Shown here piece by piece: positions 28,854 through 42,588 of a DNA stretch of 64,000 nt. The DNA is from Myxococcota bacterium (GTDB lineage: Bacteria; Myxococcota_A; Polyangia; Nannocystales; Nannocystaceae): the NCBI GenBank assembly GCA_039028615.1, contig JBCCHT010000017.1, positions 128,001 through 192,000 on the forward strand, given 5' to 3'. Below the pieces are notes generated by a model that searched no databases, was not told where the DNA came from, and worked only from the letters and a program-made list of their open reading frames with translations. A program made the position numbers and the translations under genes. The number at the start of each line of letters is the position of its first letter. Position 1 is the first letter of the stretch.

Positions 28854-31058
28854 TCAGTTCACGATGAACGGAGCGATGACCACGGCGACGACGGTCATCA
28901 CCTTGATCAGGATGTTCAGGCTGGGACCGGCGGTGTCCTTGAACGGGTCGCCGACGGTGTCGCCGATGACCGAGGCCTTGTGGCGCTCGGAGCCCTTGCC
29001 GGTGTTGACCTTCTCGTCGAAGTCCTTCTTCTGGTCCTCGACCTGCTTCTTGGCGTTGTCCCAGGCACCGCCCGCGTTCGACATGAACAAGGCGAGCATG
29101 ACGCCCGAGGCCAGGGTACCGGCGAGCAGACCACCGAGGGCCTCGGCCGACCAGTAGCCAGTGATGACCGGAGCGGCCAGGGCGAGGACGCCCGGGGCCA
29201 TCATGCGCTTGATGGAGGCCTGGGTGGAGATCTCCACGCAGCGCTTGACGTCGGTCTCGGTCGCAGCGGACAGGACCTGCTCCTTCTCCTCGTCGGTGAG
29301 GGCCCGGTCCTCGTCCTCGGCCTTCTTGACGATGAGCAGCGCGGGGCGAAGGACCTTGATCTCGCGGAACTGGCGACGAACCTCTTGGATCATCTCCATC
29401 GCCGCGTCGCCCACCGCCTTCATGGCCATGGCCGAGAAGAGGAAGGGCAGCATGGCGCCGACCAGGAGGCCGATGAGGACCTCGGGGTTGGTCAGCGCAA
29501 CCTTGGCGCCAGTCGTCTGCTGGTAAGCGGCGAACAGCGACAGGGAGGCCAGCGCGGCGGAGCCGATGGCGAAGCCCTTACCGATGGCTGCGGTGGTGTT
29601 GCCCACGGCGTCCAGGTTGTCGGTACGACCGCGAACCTCGGGGGGCAGGCTCGACATCTCGGCGATACCACCCGCGTTGTCGGCGATGGGGCCGTAGGCG
29701 TCGACGGCGAGGCCGATGCCCGTGGTCGAGAGCATGCCCAGCGCGGCCAGGGCGACGCCGTACAGGCCGGCGTAGTTGTTGGCCAGGAAGATGGCGCCCG
29801 CGATGATCACGATGGGAAGGGCGGTGGAGCGGAAGCCCACGCCGATACCTGCGATGATGTTCGTGGCCGGACCGGTCATCGACTGCTCGACGATGCTGTC
29901 GACGGGCGGCTTGTTCTTCGAGCAGTAGTAGCCAGTGATGAGGCCGATGGCGACACCGGAGCCGAGACCACCCGCCATGGCGGCGACCAGGTTGATCGTC
30001 TCGATGTTCTGGATCTTGCCGCCGATGACCAGCTGCGCGGGGTGACCCCCGGCGGAGGCCTGACCGAGGAAGTAGTCGATGATGAACCAGGAGAGGATCA
30101 GCATGACGCCGGCAGCACCGAAGGAGCCGCCGTCGAGCGCGTGCTGAGGGTTGCCCCCCTCTTTGGTCCTCACGAAGTAGGTCGCGATGAGCGAGACCAC
30201 GATGCCGACCGCGGCGATGACCAGCGGCAGCAGGACCAGCTCCATGCGAGCACCCGCGGCGACCGCACCGAGCATCATGGCGCCCACGATGGAGGCGACG
30301 TAGGACTCGAAGAGGTCGGCACCCATGCCAGCCACGTCGCCGACGTTGTCACCGACGTTGTCGGCGATGGTGGCGGGGTTGAGGGGGTGATCCTCGGGGA
30401 TACCGGCCTCGACCTTGCCCACCAGGTCAGCGCCGACGTCGGCGGCCTTGGTGTAGATGCCACCACCCACGCGGGCGAACAGCGCGATGGACGAGGCGCC
30501 CATCGAGAAGCCGGCGAGGAGGTTGACGACCTTGTACAGGGGGCCGTCGAAGGCCTGGCTCTCGACGTTCTCGAGACCGCCGAACTGGCCGTTGAAGACG
30601 AAGAACAGGGCGCCCAGGCCGAGCAGGGCCAGGCCGACCACGCTCATGCCCATGACCGCGCCACCGCGGAAGGCCACGATGAGGGCGGGGGCCAGACCAC
30701 CGCGAGCCGCGGCTGCCGTTCGCACGTTGGCCAGGGTGGCCACCTTCATGCCGGCGTAGCCCGAAGCGGCGGAGCACAGCGCACCGACCACGAAGGCGAC
30801 ACCGATGAGGGGCGAGCCCTTGCCGGTCGAGACATTGAGGCCGACGAGCACGCCGGCGACGACCAGAACGAACAAGCCGAGCACCTTGTACTCGGCCGAG
30901 AGGAACGCCATGGCGCCCTCTTGGATCTTGCCCGCGATGGTTTTCATCTCGTTGTTGCCGGCGTCCTGTTTACCGACCCAACCGGCGGTAACGAACGCGT
31001 ACACCAACGCAATGACACCTGCGATGGGAGCGAGGAGGAGTAACGTCTGACTGTCCAC
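28854..31058 (-). CDS. hppA: Membrane-bound ion-translocating pyrophosphatase, K+-dependent, probably Na+-translocating
   Basis: [56 protein letters not shown]. Confidence 0.97.
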   Translation of the reverse strand: MDSQTLLLLAPIAGVIALVYAFVTAGWVGKQDAGNNEMKTIAGKIQEGAMAFLSAEYKVLGLFVLVVAGVLVGLNVSTGKGSPLIGVAFVVGALCSAASGYAGMKVATLANVRTAAAARGGLAPALIVAFRGGAVMGMSVVGLALLGLGALFFVFNGQFGGLENVESQAFDGPLYKVVNLLAGFSMGASSIALFARVGGGIYTKAADVGADLVGKVEAGIPEDHPLNPATIADNVGDNVGDVAGMGADLFESYVASIVGAMMLGAVAAGARMELVLLPLVIAAVGIVVSLIATYFVRTKEGGNPQHALDGGSFGAAGVMLILSWFIIDYFLGQASAGGHPAQLVIGGKIQNIETINLVAAMAGGLGSGVAIGLITGYYCSKNKPPVDSIVEQSMTGPATNIIAGIGVGFRSTALPIVIIAGAIFLANNYAGLYGVALAALGMLSTTGIGLAVDAYGPIADNAGGIAEMSSLPPEVRGRTDNLDAVGNTTAAIGKGFAIGSAALASLSLFAAYQQTTGAKVALTNPEVLIGLLVGAMLPFLFSAMAMKAVGDAAMEMIQEVRRQFREIKVLRPALLIVKKAEDEDRALTDEEKEQVLSAATETDVKRCVEISTQASIKRMMAPGVLALAAPVITGYWSAEALGGLLAGTLASGVMLALFMSNAGGAWDNAKKQVEDQKKDFDEKVNTGKGSERHKASVIGDTVGDPFKDTAGPSLNILIKVMTVVAVVIAPFIVN

Positions 31059-31103
31059 GAAGACTGGTCCTTTCCGAGCGAGCGGCTACATACCAAAAAA
31101 CCC

Positions 31104-31724
31104 TTAGGGGGTGGCAGCCGATCCCCGGGGGGGAGATTGTTGATTGATGGTGTTCATCGCCGCTTTCACGCCCTCGGTCATGACCGCAGTCACGGCCTCT
31201 TGGGCGCGATCGACGAGATCGGGGAGGTTGGCGGCATCGATGGGGTCGAAATCGTCGAGCACCCATTTGCTGACGTCACCACCTCGAGTGGGACGTCCGA
31301 CTCCGACGCGGATGCGTACGAAATCGCGAGAACCGGTCAGCGCAATGATGTCTCGCAGGCCGTTGTGGCCACCGTGGCCACCGCCTGCCTTGACCGCGAC
31401 ACGGCCGAAATCGAAGTCGATCTCGTCGTGAACGACGATCGTGCGCTTCGGCCCGACCCGGTGAAATTGGGCCGCGGCGACCACGCTCTTGCCGCTGCAG
31501 TTCATGTACGTCTGTGGCATCACAGCCACGACGCGGTCACGCCCCACGGAAGCCGTGGTCATGCGGGCGTGGAACTTCTCACGCCATGACACGCCGACCC
31601 CAGGAGTGAGGTGGCGGTCGATCCAGCGTTCGACCACCATGAACCCCACGTTGTGGCGATTGTGTGCATACTCGCGGCCTGGGTTGCCCAGACCGACGAG
31701 TAGCCATGGTGATGCGTCCGCCAT
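31104..31724 (-). CDS. pth: Peptidyl-tRNA hydrolase
   Basis: VGLGNPGREY..NRHNVGF, PQTYMN, HDEID, GGHNGL. Confidence 0.97.
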   Translation of the reverse strand: MADASPWLLVGLGNPGREYAHNRHNVGFMVVERWIDRHLTPGVGVSWREKFHARMTTASVGRDRVVAVMPQTYMNCSGKSVVAAAQFHRVGPKRTIVVHDEIDFDFGRVAVKAGGGHGGHNGLRDIIALTGSRDFVRIRVGVGRPTRGGDVSKWVLDDFDPIDAANLPDLVDRAQEAVTAVMTEGVKAAMNTINQQSPPRGSAATP

Positions 31725-31775
31725 AGCGGGTTGGGCCGCGCGCTCCCGAAGGGAGCCGCGACCAGGTCACCAGAA

Positions 31776-32381
31776 TTACTTCTTTTCCTCTTCTTCGCCC
31801 TCGTCCTTCTTGGCCTTGGGCATCTCGACGAGGGCGAGCGGCGAATCGGGACGCTCGCGGAAGCTGGTGTTGGGCAGCGAGACGTCGGCGATACGGATGG
31901 TGTCACCCGCATCGAGGTTGCCCATGTCCACGACGAGCTCGACGGGCAGGTCGCCGGGCTTGGCCGAGACCTTGACCTCGCGACGGAAGGTCTTGAGCTT
32001 GCCGCCCTTGACCACGCCGGGGGGACGACCCTCGTAGCGGACCGGGATCCGGCGATGGACCTGGGCCTCGAGGTCGAGGCGCAGGAAGTCGAGGTGCACC
32101 AGGTCGCCGCGCACGGCGTCGCTCTGCACGTCGGCCACCATGCAGGGCACGACCTTGGCCTCTTGGCCCTCTTCCTCGATGGTGAGGTTGAAGACGGTGT
32201 TGTAGCCGCGGGCGGGGTCTTTGGCCTTCTCGAACAGGTGCGGGTCGAAGGACAGCGAGATGGCGGGTTGGCCCTGGCCGTAGAGAACGGCGGGCGCCAA
32301 GCCCTTGGCTCGCAGCTGGCGGGCGACGCCCTTGCCTTTACCCGTGCGCACGGTGGCGCTGATGTTTCCGTATTCGCTCAT
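31776..32381 (-). CDS. rplY: 50S ribosomal protein L25/Ctc
   Basis: GKGVARQLR..G..PAVLYG, HLDF, GVVKGG; lies between prs and pth. Confidence 0.95.
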   Translation of the reverse strand: MSEYGNISATVRTGKGKGVARQLRAKGLAPAVLYGQGQPAISLSFDPHLFEKAKDPARGYNTVFNLTIEEEGQEAKVVPCMVADVQSDAVRGDLVHLDFLRLDLEAQVHRRIPVRYEGRPPGVVKGGKLKTFRREVKVSAKPGDLPVELVVDMGNLDAGDTIRIADVSLPNTSFRERPDSPLALVEMPKAKKDEGEEEEKK

Positions 32382-32475
32382 GTCGTTTGGTCTTTTGGTT
32401 TGGGCCTCGGATAGGTGCCATCCACCATTGGAGGCTCGCCGCCGAGGGCCCGTACAACCGAGAGGGAAGTCGTGA

Positions 32476-33423
32476 TCAGTGGAACAGGCTGCTGATCGAG
32501 TCGCCGTGGTGGATCCGCTTGACGGCCTCGCCCAACAGGCGGCCCAAGCCGAGCACCTCGAGGCGATCGCAGGCCTCGACCCGGCTCGCCTGCGGGATGG
32601 TGTCCGTGACCCAGATGCGATCGAGCACCGACTTGTTGAGTCGGTCGATGGCGGGGCCGGAGAACACGCCGTGCGTGGCCAGGGCGGAGACCGACGTGGC
32701 CCCGTGCTCCTTGACCGCGATGGCGGCGTTGCACAGCGTGCCCGCGGTGTCGATCATGTCGTCGACCAGGATGGCGCGCTTGCCCTTCACGTCACCGATC
32801 AGGTGATGGACCTGGCTGACGTTGGGCTTGTCGCGGCGCTTGTCGATGATCGCCAGGCCGCACTTGAGGTACTTCGAGTAGGCCCGAGCCCGCTCCACGC
32901 CGCCGGCGTCGGGCGAGACCACCACCGAGTCCTCGCCGCGGTAGCCCTCGCGCTCGAGCTTCTCGCGGAGCACGGGGGTCGCCAGCAGGTGATCGAAGGG
33001 GATGTTGAAGAAGCCTTGGATCTGCCCCGCGTGCAGCTCGACCGAGAGCACCCGGGTCGCCCCCGCCGCCGTGAGCAGGTCGGCGACCAGCTTGGCGGAG
33101 ATCGGCGTCCGTGGCTTCACCTTGCGGTCCTGCCGCGCGTACCCGAAGTACGGCATGATCGCCACGATGCTGCCCGCGCTCGCCCGCTTGAGCGCATCGA
33201 TCATGATGAGCAGCTCCATCAGGTTGCGATTGGGCGGCGAGCAGGTCGACTGCACGATGAAGCAGTTCACCCCTCGAACGTTCTCCCCGATCTCGACGAA
33301 GATCTCGCCGTCGGAGAACCGCTCCACGCGGGAGTTGCCCACCGGAACGCCCAGATAGCTGGCGACGTCCTGGGTGAGATTCGGGTTGGAGTTGCCGCCG
33401 AAGATGGTCAGCGTCTTGTGCAC
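32476..33423 (-). CDS. prs: Ribose-phosphate pyrophosphokinase
   Basis: FSDGEI, PYFGYARQDRK, LHAGQIQGFF, VSPDAGGVERAR, VDDMIDTAGT. Start GTG 33423. Confidence 0.97.
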   Translation of the reverse strand: MHKTLTIFGGNSNPNLTQDVASYLGVPVGNSRVERFSDGEIFVEIGENVRGVNCFIVQSTCSPPNRNLMELLIMIDALKRASAGSIVAIMPYFGYARQDRKVKPRTPISAKLVADLLTAAGATRVLSVELHAGQIQGFFNIPFDHLLATPVLREKLEREGYRGEDSVVVSPDAGGVERARAYSKYLKCGLAIIDKRRDKPNVSQVHHLIGDVKGKRAILVDDMIDTAGTLCNAAIAVKEHGATSVSALATHGVFSGPAIDRLNKSVLDRIWVTDTIPQASRVEACDRLEVLGLGRLLGEAVKRIHHGDSISSLFH

Positions 33424-33496
33424 GGGGTCCCGTAAGGGTGCGCCCGGCGGGCCGGCCGGGATCACGGGAAAAGGGTGAAGAGCATCAAGAGAAGTG

Positions 33497-33571
33497 TGGC
33501 TGGGGCGGCAGGATTCGAACCTGCGAATGTCGGTACCAAAAACCGATGGCTTACCACTTGCCGACGCCCCA
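33497..33571 (-). tRNA. tRNA-Gln (anticodon TTG)
   Basis: TGGGGCGTCGGCAAGTGGTAAGCCATCGGTTTTTGGTACCGACATTCGCAGGTTCGAATCCTGCCGCCCCAGCCA folds as a cloverleaf with encoded CCA, at the usual position before prs. Confidence 0.97.
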
Positions 33572-33619
33572 AAAAGAGAACCTTCGCCCGGGTTTGCGCG
33601 AGGGCCGTCCGAGCGCCGG

Positions 33620-33648
33620 GTTATAGGAATGGCTCCCGACGGTGTCAA
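33620..33648 (-). promoter_or_regulatory. Sigma70 promoter of the tRNA-Gln-prs-rplY-pth(-hppA) operon
   Basis: TTGACA-17 nt-TATAAC followed by a GC-rich discriminator (CCGGCGC). Confidence 0.85.
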
Positions 33649-33946
33649 CGTGATGAGAGTCGCGAGCCCTGCGCCCACGGGCCGGCCAGCCACACTCCCT
33701 TTCCGGGGCCAGATGCCCCAGGAGTGGGCACTGTTGGCCCACATGGGGCGGGCTCCGCTTTCTGCGCGGTAGCGTTTCACCCACAAGTCACCCGATCAAT
33801 GTCGGGATCCGCCCGAATTCGGACCGGGGAGTTGGCACGAAGCCCATGGCGAACGACAATCCGCTGGGGGGGAGGCCATGCCCACAACACCTCCGCTTGT
33901 GGGATGATACCGGTCCCGTACAGCTCTCCCCTGGACCGCAATCTTC

Positions 33947-37375
<3,429 letters not shown>

Positions 37376-37522
37376 ACGCGGCCGCCGATCGGCCCAGGTC
37401 TGGACGGGACACACCCGAGGCCGGACATTGCGCCGGGCCTTGGACGGGCAGTCGCTCGGCCTGCTACGGTCGATTCGCGGCTGCGCGCTCCCGCGCGCTC
37501 AGCCCCACTGGAGCGCCTGATC

Positions 37523-38902
37523 ATGCCTCAATCCTCTTTTTGGCACCGCATCGTACCCGGGCTCGCCTTGCTCGGCGTGCTGAGCACGACGCCCTCCGCC
37601 CTCGCCAGTGTCACCGACGAGGGCGAGAAGGTCGGCTCGGTCCAGGGCATCGAGATGAAGGTCAAGCACTTCACCCTGGGCAACGGCCTGCGGGTGTTCG
37701 TGCTCGAGGACCACTCGACCCCCGCGTTCGCGTTGCACCTGGCGTTCCACGTGGGCTCGCGCGACGAACAGGCCGGCCGCACCGGCTTCGCCCACCTGTT
37801 CGAGCACATGATGTTCAAGGGCAGCGAGAACGTGCCCGAGGGCGGTCATTTCAAGTACATCGAGGGCGCGGGCGGCAGCCTCAACGCCTTCACCACCGCC
37901 GATGTCACCCAGTACCACGAGGTCGTGCCCAGCCACTATCTCGACATGGTGCTGTGGCTCGAGTCCGACCGCCTGCGTTCGCTGGAGGTCACCGACGACA
38001 ACTTCGAAAACCAGCGCCAGGCCGTCCAAGAAGAGAAGGCCATGCGCTACGACAACCAGCCCTACCTGCGGTCGCTGCAGGAGTTCTTCGCCGAGGCGTG
38101 GGCCAACACCGGGTACGGGCACCTGACCATCGGCTCCGACGAGGACCTCGCCGCTGCAACCACCGGTGACGTGCAGAGGTTCTTCGACAAGCACTACGTG
38201 CCCAACAACGCGGTCATGGCCATCGTGGGCGACGTCGAGTACGAGGAGGTCAAGCGCAAGGTCGACCAGTACTTCGGCGATCTGTCCCGCGGGCCCGACC
38301 GCCCCGCCCACGTGGCGATCGACCACTCGGTCTCCGAGCCCTTCACCCGCACCGTCGAGGACAAGCTCGCCCGGCAGCCGCTGTACCTCATCGGCTGGAA
38401 GACCGTGCCGCGGCGTCACCCCGACTACCACGCGGTGCGCATCCTGATGAGCGCGCTGCTCCGCGGCGACTCGTCCCGCATCACCCGCTTGCTCAAGGAC
38501 GACCGGCGCATGGTCGTCGCGTCGATCCCCACCGACTCCATGGGCGGAGGCCTCGACGCGGGCATGTCGGCGGGCGCCTTCGTGCCCATCCCCGGCAACG
38601 ACTTCGCGGCCATCCAAAAGGTGGTCAAGGCCGAGATCGCCAAGGTCAAGAAGCGGGGCATCAGCTCCAAGGAGCTCCAGAAGGCCCAAAACCAGCTCGC
38701 GGTGGATGCCATCTCGCAGCTCGCCACCAACAACGGCCGAGCCAGCGGCATCGCCCAGGGGGCGCTGTTCCACGACGACCCCACCCACGCGCTCGCCGAG
38801 CTCGACAAGTACCGCAAGGTGACCTCCCGCGACATCAAGCGCGTCGCCAACAAGTACCTGACCGACAACTGGCTCACGCTGGAAATCGTGCCCCCTCGCT
38901 GA
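37523..38902 (+). CDS. M16 family zinc peptidase, catalytic subunit, secreted
   Basis: Signal peptide, TGFAHLFEHMMFKGS (HxxEH), NAFT, LESDR. Confidence 0.95.
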   Translation: MPQSSFWHRIVPGLALLGVLSTTPSALASVTDEGEKVGSVQGIEMKVKHFTLGNGLRVFVLEDHSTPAFALHLAFHVGSRDEQAGRTGFAHLFEHMMFKGSENVPEGGHFKYIEGAGGSLNAFTTADVTQYHEVVPSHYLDMVLWLESDRLRSLEVTDDNFENQRQAVQEEKAMRYDNQPYLRSLQEFFAEAWANTGYGHLTIGSDEDLAAATTGDVQRFFDKHYVPNNAVMAIVGDVEYEEVKRKVDQYFGDLSRGPDRPAHVAIDHSVSEPFTRTVEDKLARQPLYLIGWKTVPRRHPDYHAVRILMSALLRGDSSRITRLLKDDRRMVVASIPTDSMGGGLDAGMSAGAFVPIPGNDFAAIQKVVKAEIAKVKKRGISSKELQKAQNQLAVDAISQLATNNGRASGIAQGALFHDDPTHALAELDKYRKVTSRDIKRVANKYLTDNWLTLEIVPPR

Positions 38903-38913
38903 CGAACGGAGCC

Positions 38914-40461
38914 GTGACCGCCATGAGCACTGCCATCACCATGACCGCACGACTCGCCCGTACCCTCCGCCCGGTGGGACTCGGGCTCGCGTTGATCCTG
39001 GGCGCCTGCCAGCCGCAAGGCCAGACCACGCCTCCGGGGCCCTCGCCCACGCCGGGCCCCACCCCCGCGGGGCCCAAGAAGACCAAGCCCGGTCGCAAGT
39101 ACCCCGCGCCGCCGCCTCCCACCGCGCCCAAGCCGGTCGGGTTCCCGGACATCGCGAGCTTCGTGCTCGACAACGGGCTGGCCGTCTACGTCATCGAGAA
39201 CCACGAGGTCCCGCTCGTCAACACGCAGCTCGTGGTGCGCTGCGGCACCATGGACCACGAGTACCTCGCGCCCTTCACCGCCGACATGCTCGGCGAGGGC
39301 ACGCGGAGCCGCTCGAAGGCCAAGCTCGACGAGGCCATCGAATTCGTGGGCGGGAGCCTGGGCGCCTTCGCCAGCACCCACGTCTCCACCGTCTTTTCCC
39401 AGAGCCTCGACTCCGACCTCAAGCTCGCCATGCTGCTGATGGCCGACGAGGTGCAGAACCCGTTGTTCCCCAGCAGCGCCCTCGGCAAGCTCAAGCAGCG
39501 GGCCAAGGCCGGGCTCCGTGCCGCGCGCTCGAACCCCGATGCGCTGGCCGACACCCTCTTCGACGTGGTCGTGTACCCCGAAGGCCACCCCTACGGGCGG
39601 CCGCTGGCCACCGAGGCCGAGATCAACGCGATCAGCGTCGACGACATCCGCACGTTCCACGAGACCTTCTACCGGGCCAACAACGCGTTCCTGCTGCTGT
39701 CGGGCGACATCACCGTGCCCGAGGCCAAGCCGCTGGTCGAGCGGGCCTTCGGCGGGTGGGCCTCGGCCGAGCTGCGCGACCTGCCCCCCAACCCGCTCAA
39801 CCAGTTCACGCGCTACGAGCTGCCCGATCAGCTGCTCGTGCACCTGGTCGATCGCCCCGAGTCGGTGCAGGCCTCGATCCGCGTGGGCAACGTCGCCCTC
39901 GCTCGCAACCACGAGGACTGGCCCGCGCTCGAGGTCGCCAACGCCATCCTCGGCGTGGGCCCCAGCGCCCGGCTCTTCCAGGACCTGCGCGAGGATCAGG
40001 GCCTGACCTACCGCATCGGCTCCAAGGTCTCCTCGGGGCAAGCCCCCGGCACTTTTTCCATCAGCACCCAGACTCGCACCCCCACCGCGGGCGCGATGCT
40101 GGCCGGGATCTTCGAGCACATCGAGCGCATCCGGGCCGCCGAGCCCACCCGCGACGAGTTCGAGTCCACCGTCCGCACCCTCGTGGGCTCGTTCCCGCTC
40201 CAGGTCGAGACCGCCGACCAGATCGTCGGCAAGGTGAAGCACCAGATCATCTACGGCCTGCCCAAGAACTACTGGCAGAGCTATCGCGACGGCATCACCC
40301 GCGTGGAGCTGCCCGAGATTCGCAAGGCCGCGCTGCGCTACATCCACGCCCTGCCCGTAGTGGTGGTCGTGGGCAACGCGGCCGTGCTGCGGCCCCAGAT
40401 CCAAGCGGTCCTGCCCAGCGCCAAGATCGTCGACTACGACGACCGCCTGCAGCCCAAGTGA
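38914..40461 (+). CDS. M16 family non-catalytic partner, lipoprotein
   Basis: Lipobox LGAC, LDNGL, no HxxEH, HPYG, RLFQDLREDQGLTY (R/Y pair). Confidence 0.9.
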   Translation: MTAMSTAITMTARLARTLRPVGLGLALILGACQPQGQTTPPGPSPTPGPTPAGPKKTKPGRKYPAPPPPTAPKPVGFPDIASFVLDNGLAVYVIENHEVPLVNTQLVVRCGTMDHEYLAPFTADMLGEGTRSRSKAKLDEAIEFVGGSLGAFASTHVSTVFSQSLDSDLKLAMLLMADEVQNPLFPSSALGKLKQRAKAGLRAARSNPDALADTLFDVVVYPEGHPYGRPLATEAEINAISVDDIRTFHETFYRANNAFLLLSGDITVPEAKPLVERAFGGWASAELRDLPPNPLNQFTRYELPDQLLVHLVDRPESVQASIRVGNVALARNHEDWPALEVANAILGVGPSARLFQDLREDQGLTYRIGSKVSSGQAPGTFSISTQTRTPTAGAMLAGIFEHIERIRAAEPTRDEFESTVRTLVGSFPLQVETADQIVGKVKHQIIYGLPKNYWQSYRDGITRVELPEIRKAALRYIHALPVVVVVGNAAVLRPQIQAVLPSAKIVDYDDRLQPK

Positions 40462-40464
40462 AGG

Positions 40465-41895
40465 CTACGGCCCGGCCACCCCGAGCTCCTCGGGCGTGGC
40501 CATGGGAATGAGCGCATCGCCCATCGTCCCCGGCGTGGCCCCGGGACGATAGAGCCCGTCGTCGGTGCCGAGCGGCCCCCAGCACAAGACGGAGGGCTCG
40601 TCGGTCAGCACACACGAGCGGCTCTGGGTGCAGCCGAGTTTCACGGCGACGTGGTCTCCCAAGTCCACGAAGGGCAGTGCGTCGCCCATCTCACCGGGCT
40701 CGTCCCCGATGTTGTCGGTGCTGCCGTAGCCCAGCTTCCCCCCGCCGCCGCTGCCCCAGCACTTGACCCGCCCGTGGTCGAAGAGCGCGCAGGTATGGGT
40801 CGAACCCGCCGCGATGCCGACCACTTTGGCGTCGGTCCCGCCGAGATCGACGGGCGGTAGTGCATCCCCGGTGGCGGGCATGGATTCGCGGCGATCGCCC
40901 TGCCCCAACCGACCGTAGTTGGTCGGAGACCCCTCCTCGTCGTTCGGCGCTCCCGGGACGTGGGGCGTCGCGTTGGCCCCCCAACACTTCACCCGTCCGT
41001 CGTCGCTGAGCGCACAGCTGTAGTTGGACCCCGCGGTGACCTGAACGACGACGAAGTCCGGGCCGAGGTCGACGAAGGGCTGCGCGTCCCCCATCTCCCC
41101 GGGCTCGTCGCCAATCGGCTCCGAGGGCGGCGTCCCGAGCTGACTGAGGTCGTTGTGGCCCCAACACTTCACCCGACCATCGTCCGTCCACACGCAGACG
41201 TGGGTGAACATCCCGACGAGCCCGACCGCGTGCACATCGGTGCCGAGATCGACGAAGGGCAGCGCATCGCCCATCTCGTCGGGTTCGTCGCCGCGAGTCT
41301 CGAGGTCGCCGAGGCCCGAGGTCGGGTTGCCGCTGCCCCAGCACTTGACGCCGCCGGACTCGAACAAGGCGCAGTAGCCGTACTGACTCTGCGTCACCGA
41401 CACCACGTCGGTGGCCCCCAGCGCTACGAACGGTAGGCCCGTGCCTCGCTCGTCGGCCTCGTCCCCGACGACGATGTCGACTTCGGGTCGACCCAGCTGG
41501 TAGTCGTCGAAGTCGGCGGTGGTGTGGCCCTCGTTGTAGCCCCAGCACTTGACGCCTTCGCCCCCGAGGGCGGCGCAGCGCGAGCGGCTCGTCAACGCGG
41601 TGTCGAAGCCCCTGACGGGGGCCGAAGTCCCCAGGGGCACGGCCGGCAGAGGGAGCGCGGGCTCGAGCTCGTCGCGCAGCATCAGCAGCTGCTGGTCGCC
41701 CTCGTGGGGTTCGAGAAACCAGCACCGCAGCTGCTGCTCGACGACGGCGCATTCTTCACTGACCTGACCGGAGGCTCGCTGCGCCGGGCTCAGGCCATCC
41801 CCGGAGATCGAGACCACGGGGTCCGAACACCCGCCGATGGCCAGCCACGCCCCGATGACGGCAACCCCACGCCCATCCGCAATCCAACCCCGCAT
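40465..41895 (-). CDS. RCC1-repeat lipoprotein
   Basis: Lipobox IGGC; five G.VKCWG repeats with GDEPGEMGDALPFVDLG-like insertions. Confidence 0.85.
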   Translation of the reverse strand: MRGWIADGRGVAVIGAWLAIGGCSDPVVSISGDGLSPAQRASGQVSEECAVVEQQLRCWFLEPHEGDQQLLMLRDELEPALPLPAVPLGTSAPVRGFDTALTSRSRCAALGGEGVKCWGYNEGHTTADFDDYQLGRPEVDIVVGDEADERGTGLPFVALGATDVVSVTQSQYGYCALFESGGVKCWGSGNPTSGLGDLETRGDEPDEMGDALPFVDLGTDVHAVGLVGMFTHVCVWTDDGRVKCWGHNDLSQLGTPPSEPIGDEPGEMGDAQPFVDLGPDFVVVQVTAGSNYSCALSDDGRVKCWGANATPHVPGAPNDEEGSPTNYGRLGQGDRRESMPATGDALPPVDLGGTDAKVVGIAAGSTHTCALFDHGRVKCWGSGGGGKLGYGSTDNIGDEPGEMGDALPFVDLGDHVAVKLGCTQSRSCVLTDEPSVLCWGPLGTDDGLYRPGATPGTMGDALIPMATPEELGVAGP

Positions 41896-42210
41896 CCGAC
41901 AACCCAAGGCCCGCCGTGGATCTCGGCGACCCACGCGACCCTCGAACGCTACCACCGATCGCGGCGAAGTCCCGCACCGAGCGGGTATCATCCGTGCCGG
42001 CCCCGCCGTCGACGGGGCCGCTCGCTGCGGCTCGCCACAGATGCACGCACGGCCACCAAACATCGATTGGCCGCGGGATTAAGCCAACCTTAAGAGGCGT
42101 CGAGCGCTGTGCGTGCTCGAATGCGGGGGCACGGACGCCGGGACGCCGCAACCCTCCGCACGAGGCGGATGGGTCGACGCGACTTCCCGAGCGCCCGTTT
42201 CCTCCGACGG

Positions 42211-42588
42211 ATGCTCACGTTTCGACCACGACAACTCGAGGACCTGTCCCACAACCTGAAGCTGGACTTCGAGGTGCGTCTTCGGGACCACCTGCGCCGC
42301 GCCTTTCCTGGGCCCGTACGTCGCATGAGCCGAGAGGCGCTCGACGAGTTCGTCCGCGGCGGAGTGACGCGTGCGCTGGAGTATGGGCTCACCACCGAGC
42401 GCGACGCATGCAAGCTGGTGAGCGCGATGTTCGTGCTCGGTCGCGACTTCGACCAGCAGCCGTGGGCCCGCGAGATCCTCCGCGGCACCCGGGTCCACCG
42501 TCGGCTCTCCAAGATCGACCTGCTGCTGCGAGAGGCCATGCATCGCGAGTCGTCGACCGGAGTGGACGATGTCCGGCAAGCAGGGTGA
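42211..42588 (+). CDS. Small helical protein resembling T6SS-locus accessory proteins (DUF4123 C-terminal-like)
   Basis: MLTFRPRQLEDL...HLRRAFP...RALEYGLTTERD...LGRDFDQQPWA pattern. Family call from memory only. Confidence 0.6.
   Translation: MLTFRPRQLEDLSHNLKLDFEVRLRDHLRRAFPGPVRRMSREALDEFVRGGVTRALEYGLTTERDACKLVSAMFVLGRDFDQQPWAREILRGTRVHRRLSKIDLLLREAMHRESSTGVDDVRQAG

Noticed and set aside
33497..33571. tRNA-Gln as an integration site
   Set aside because: prs follows directly, and I saw no integrase or duplicated tRNA 3' end.
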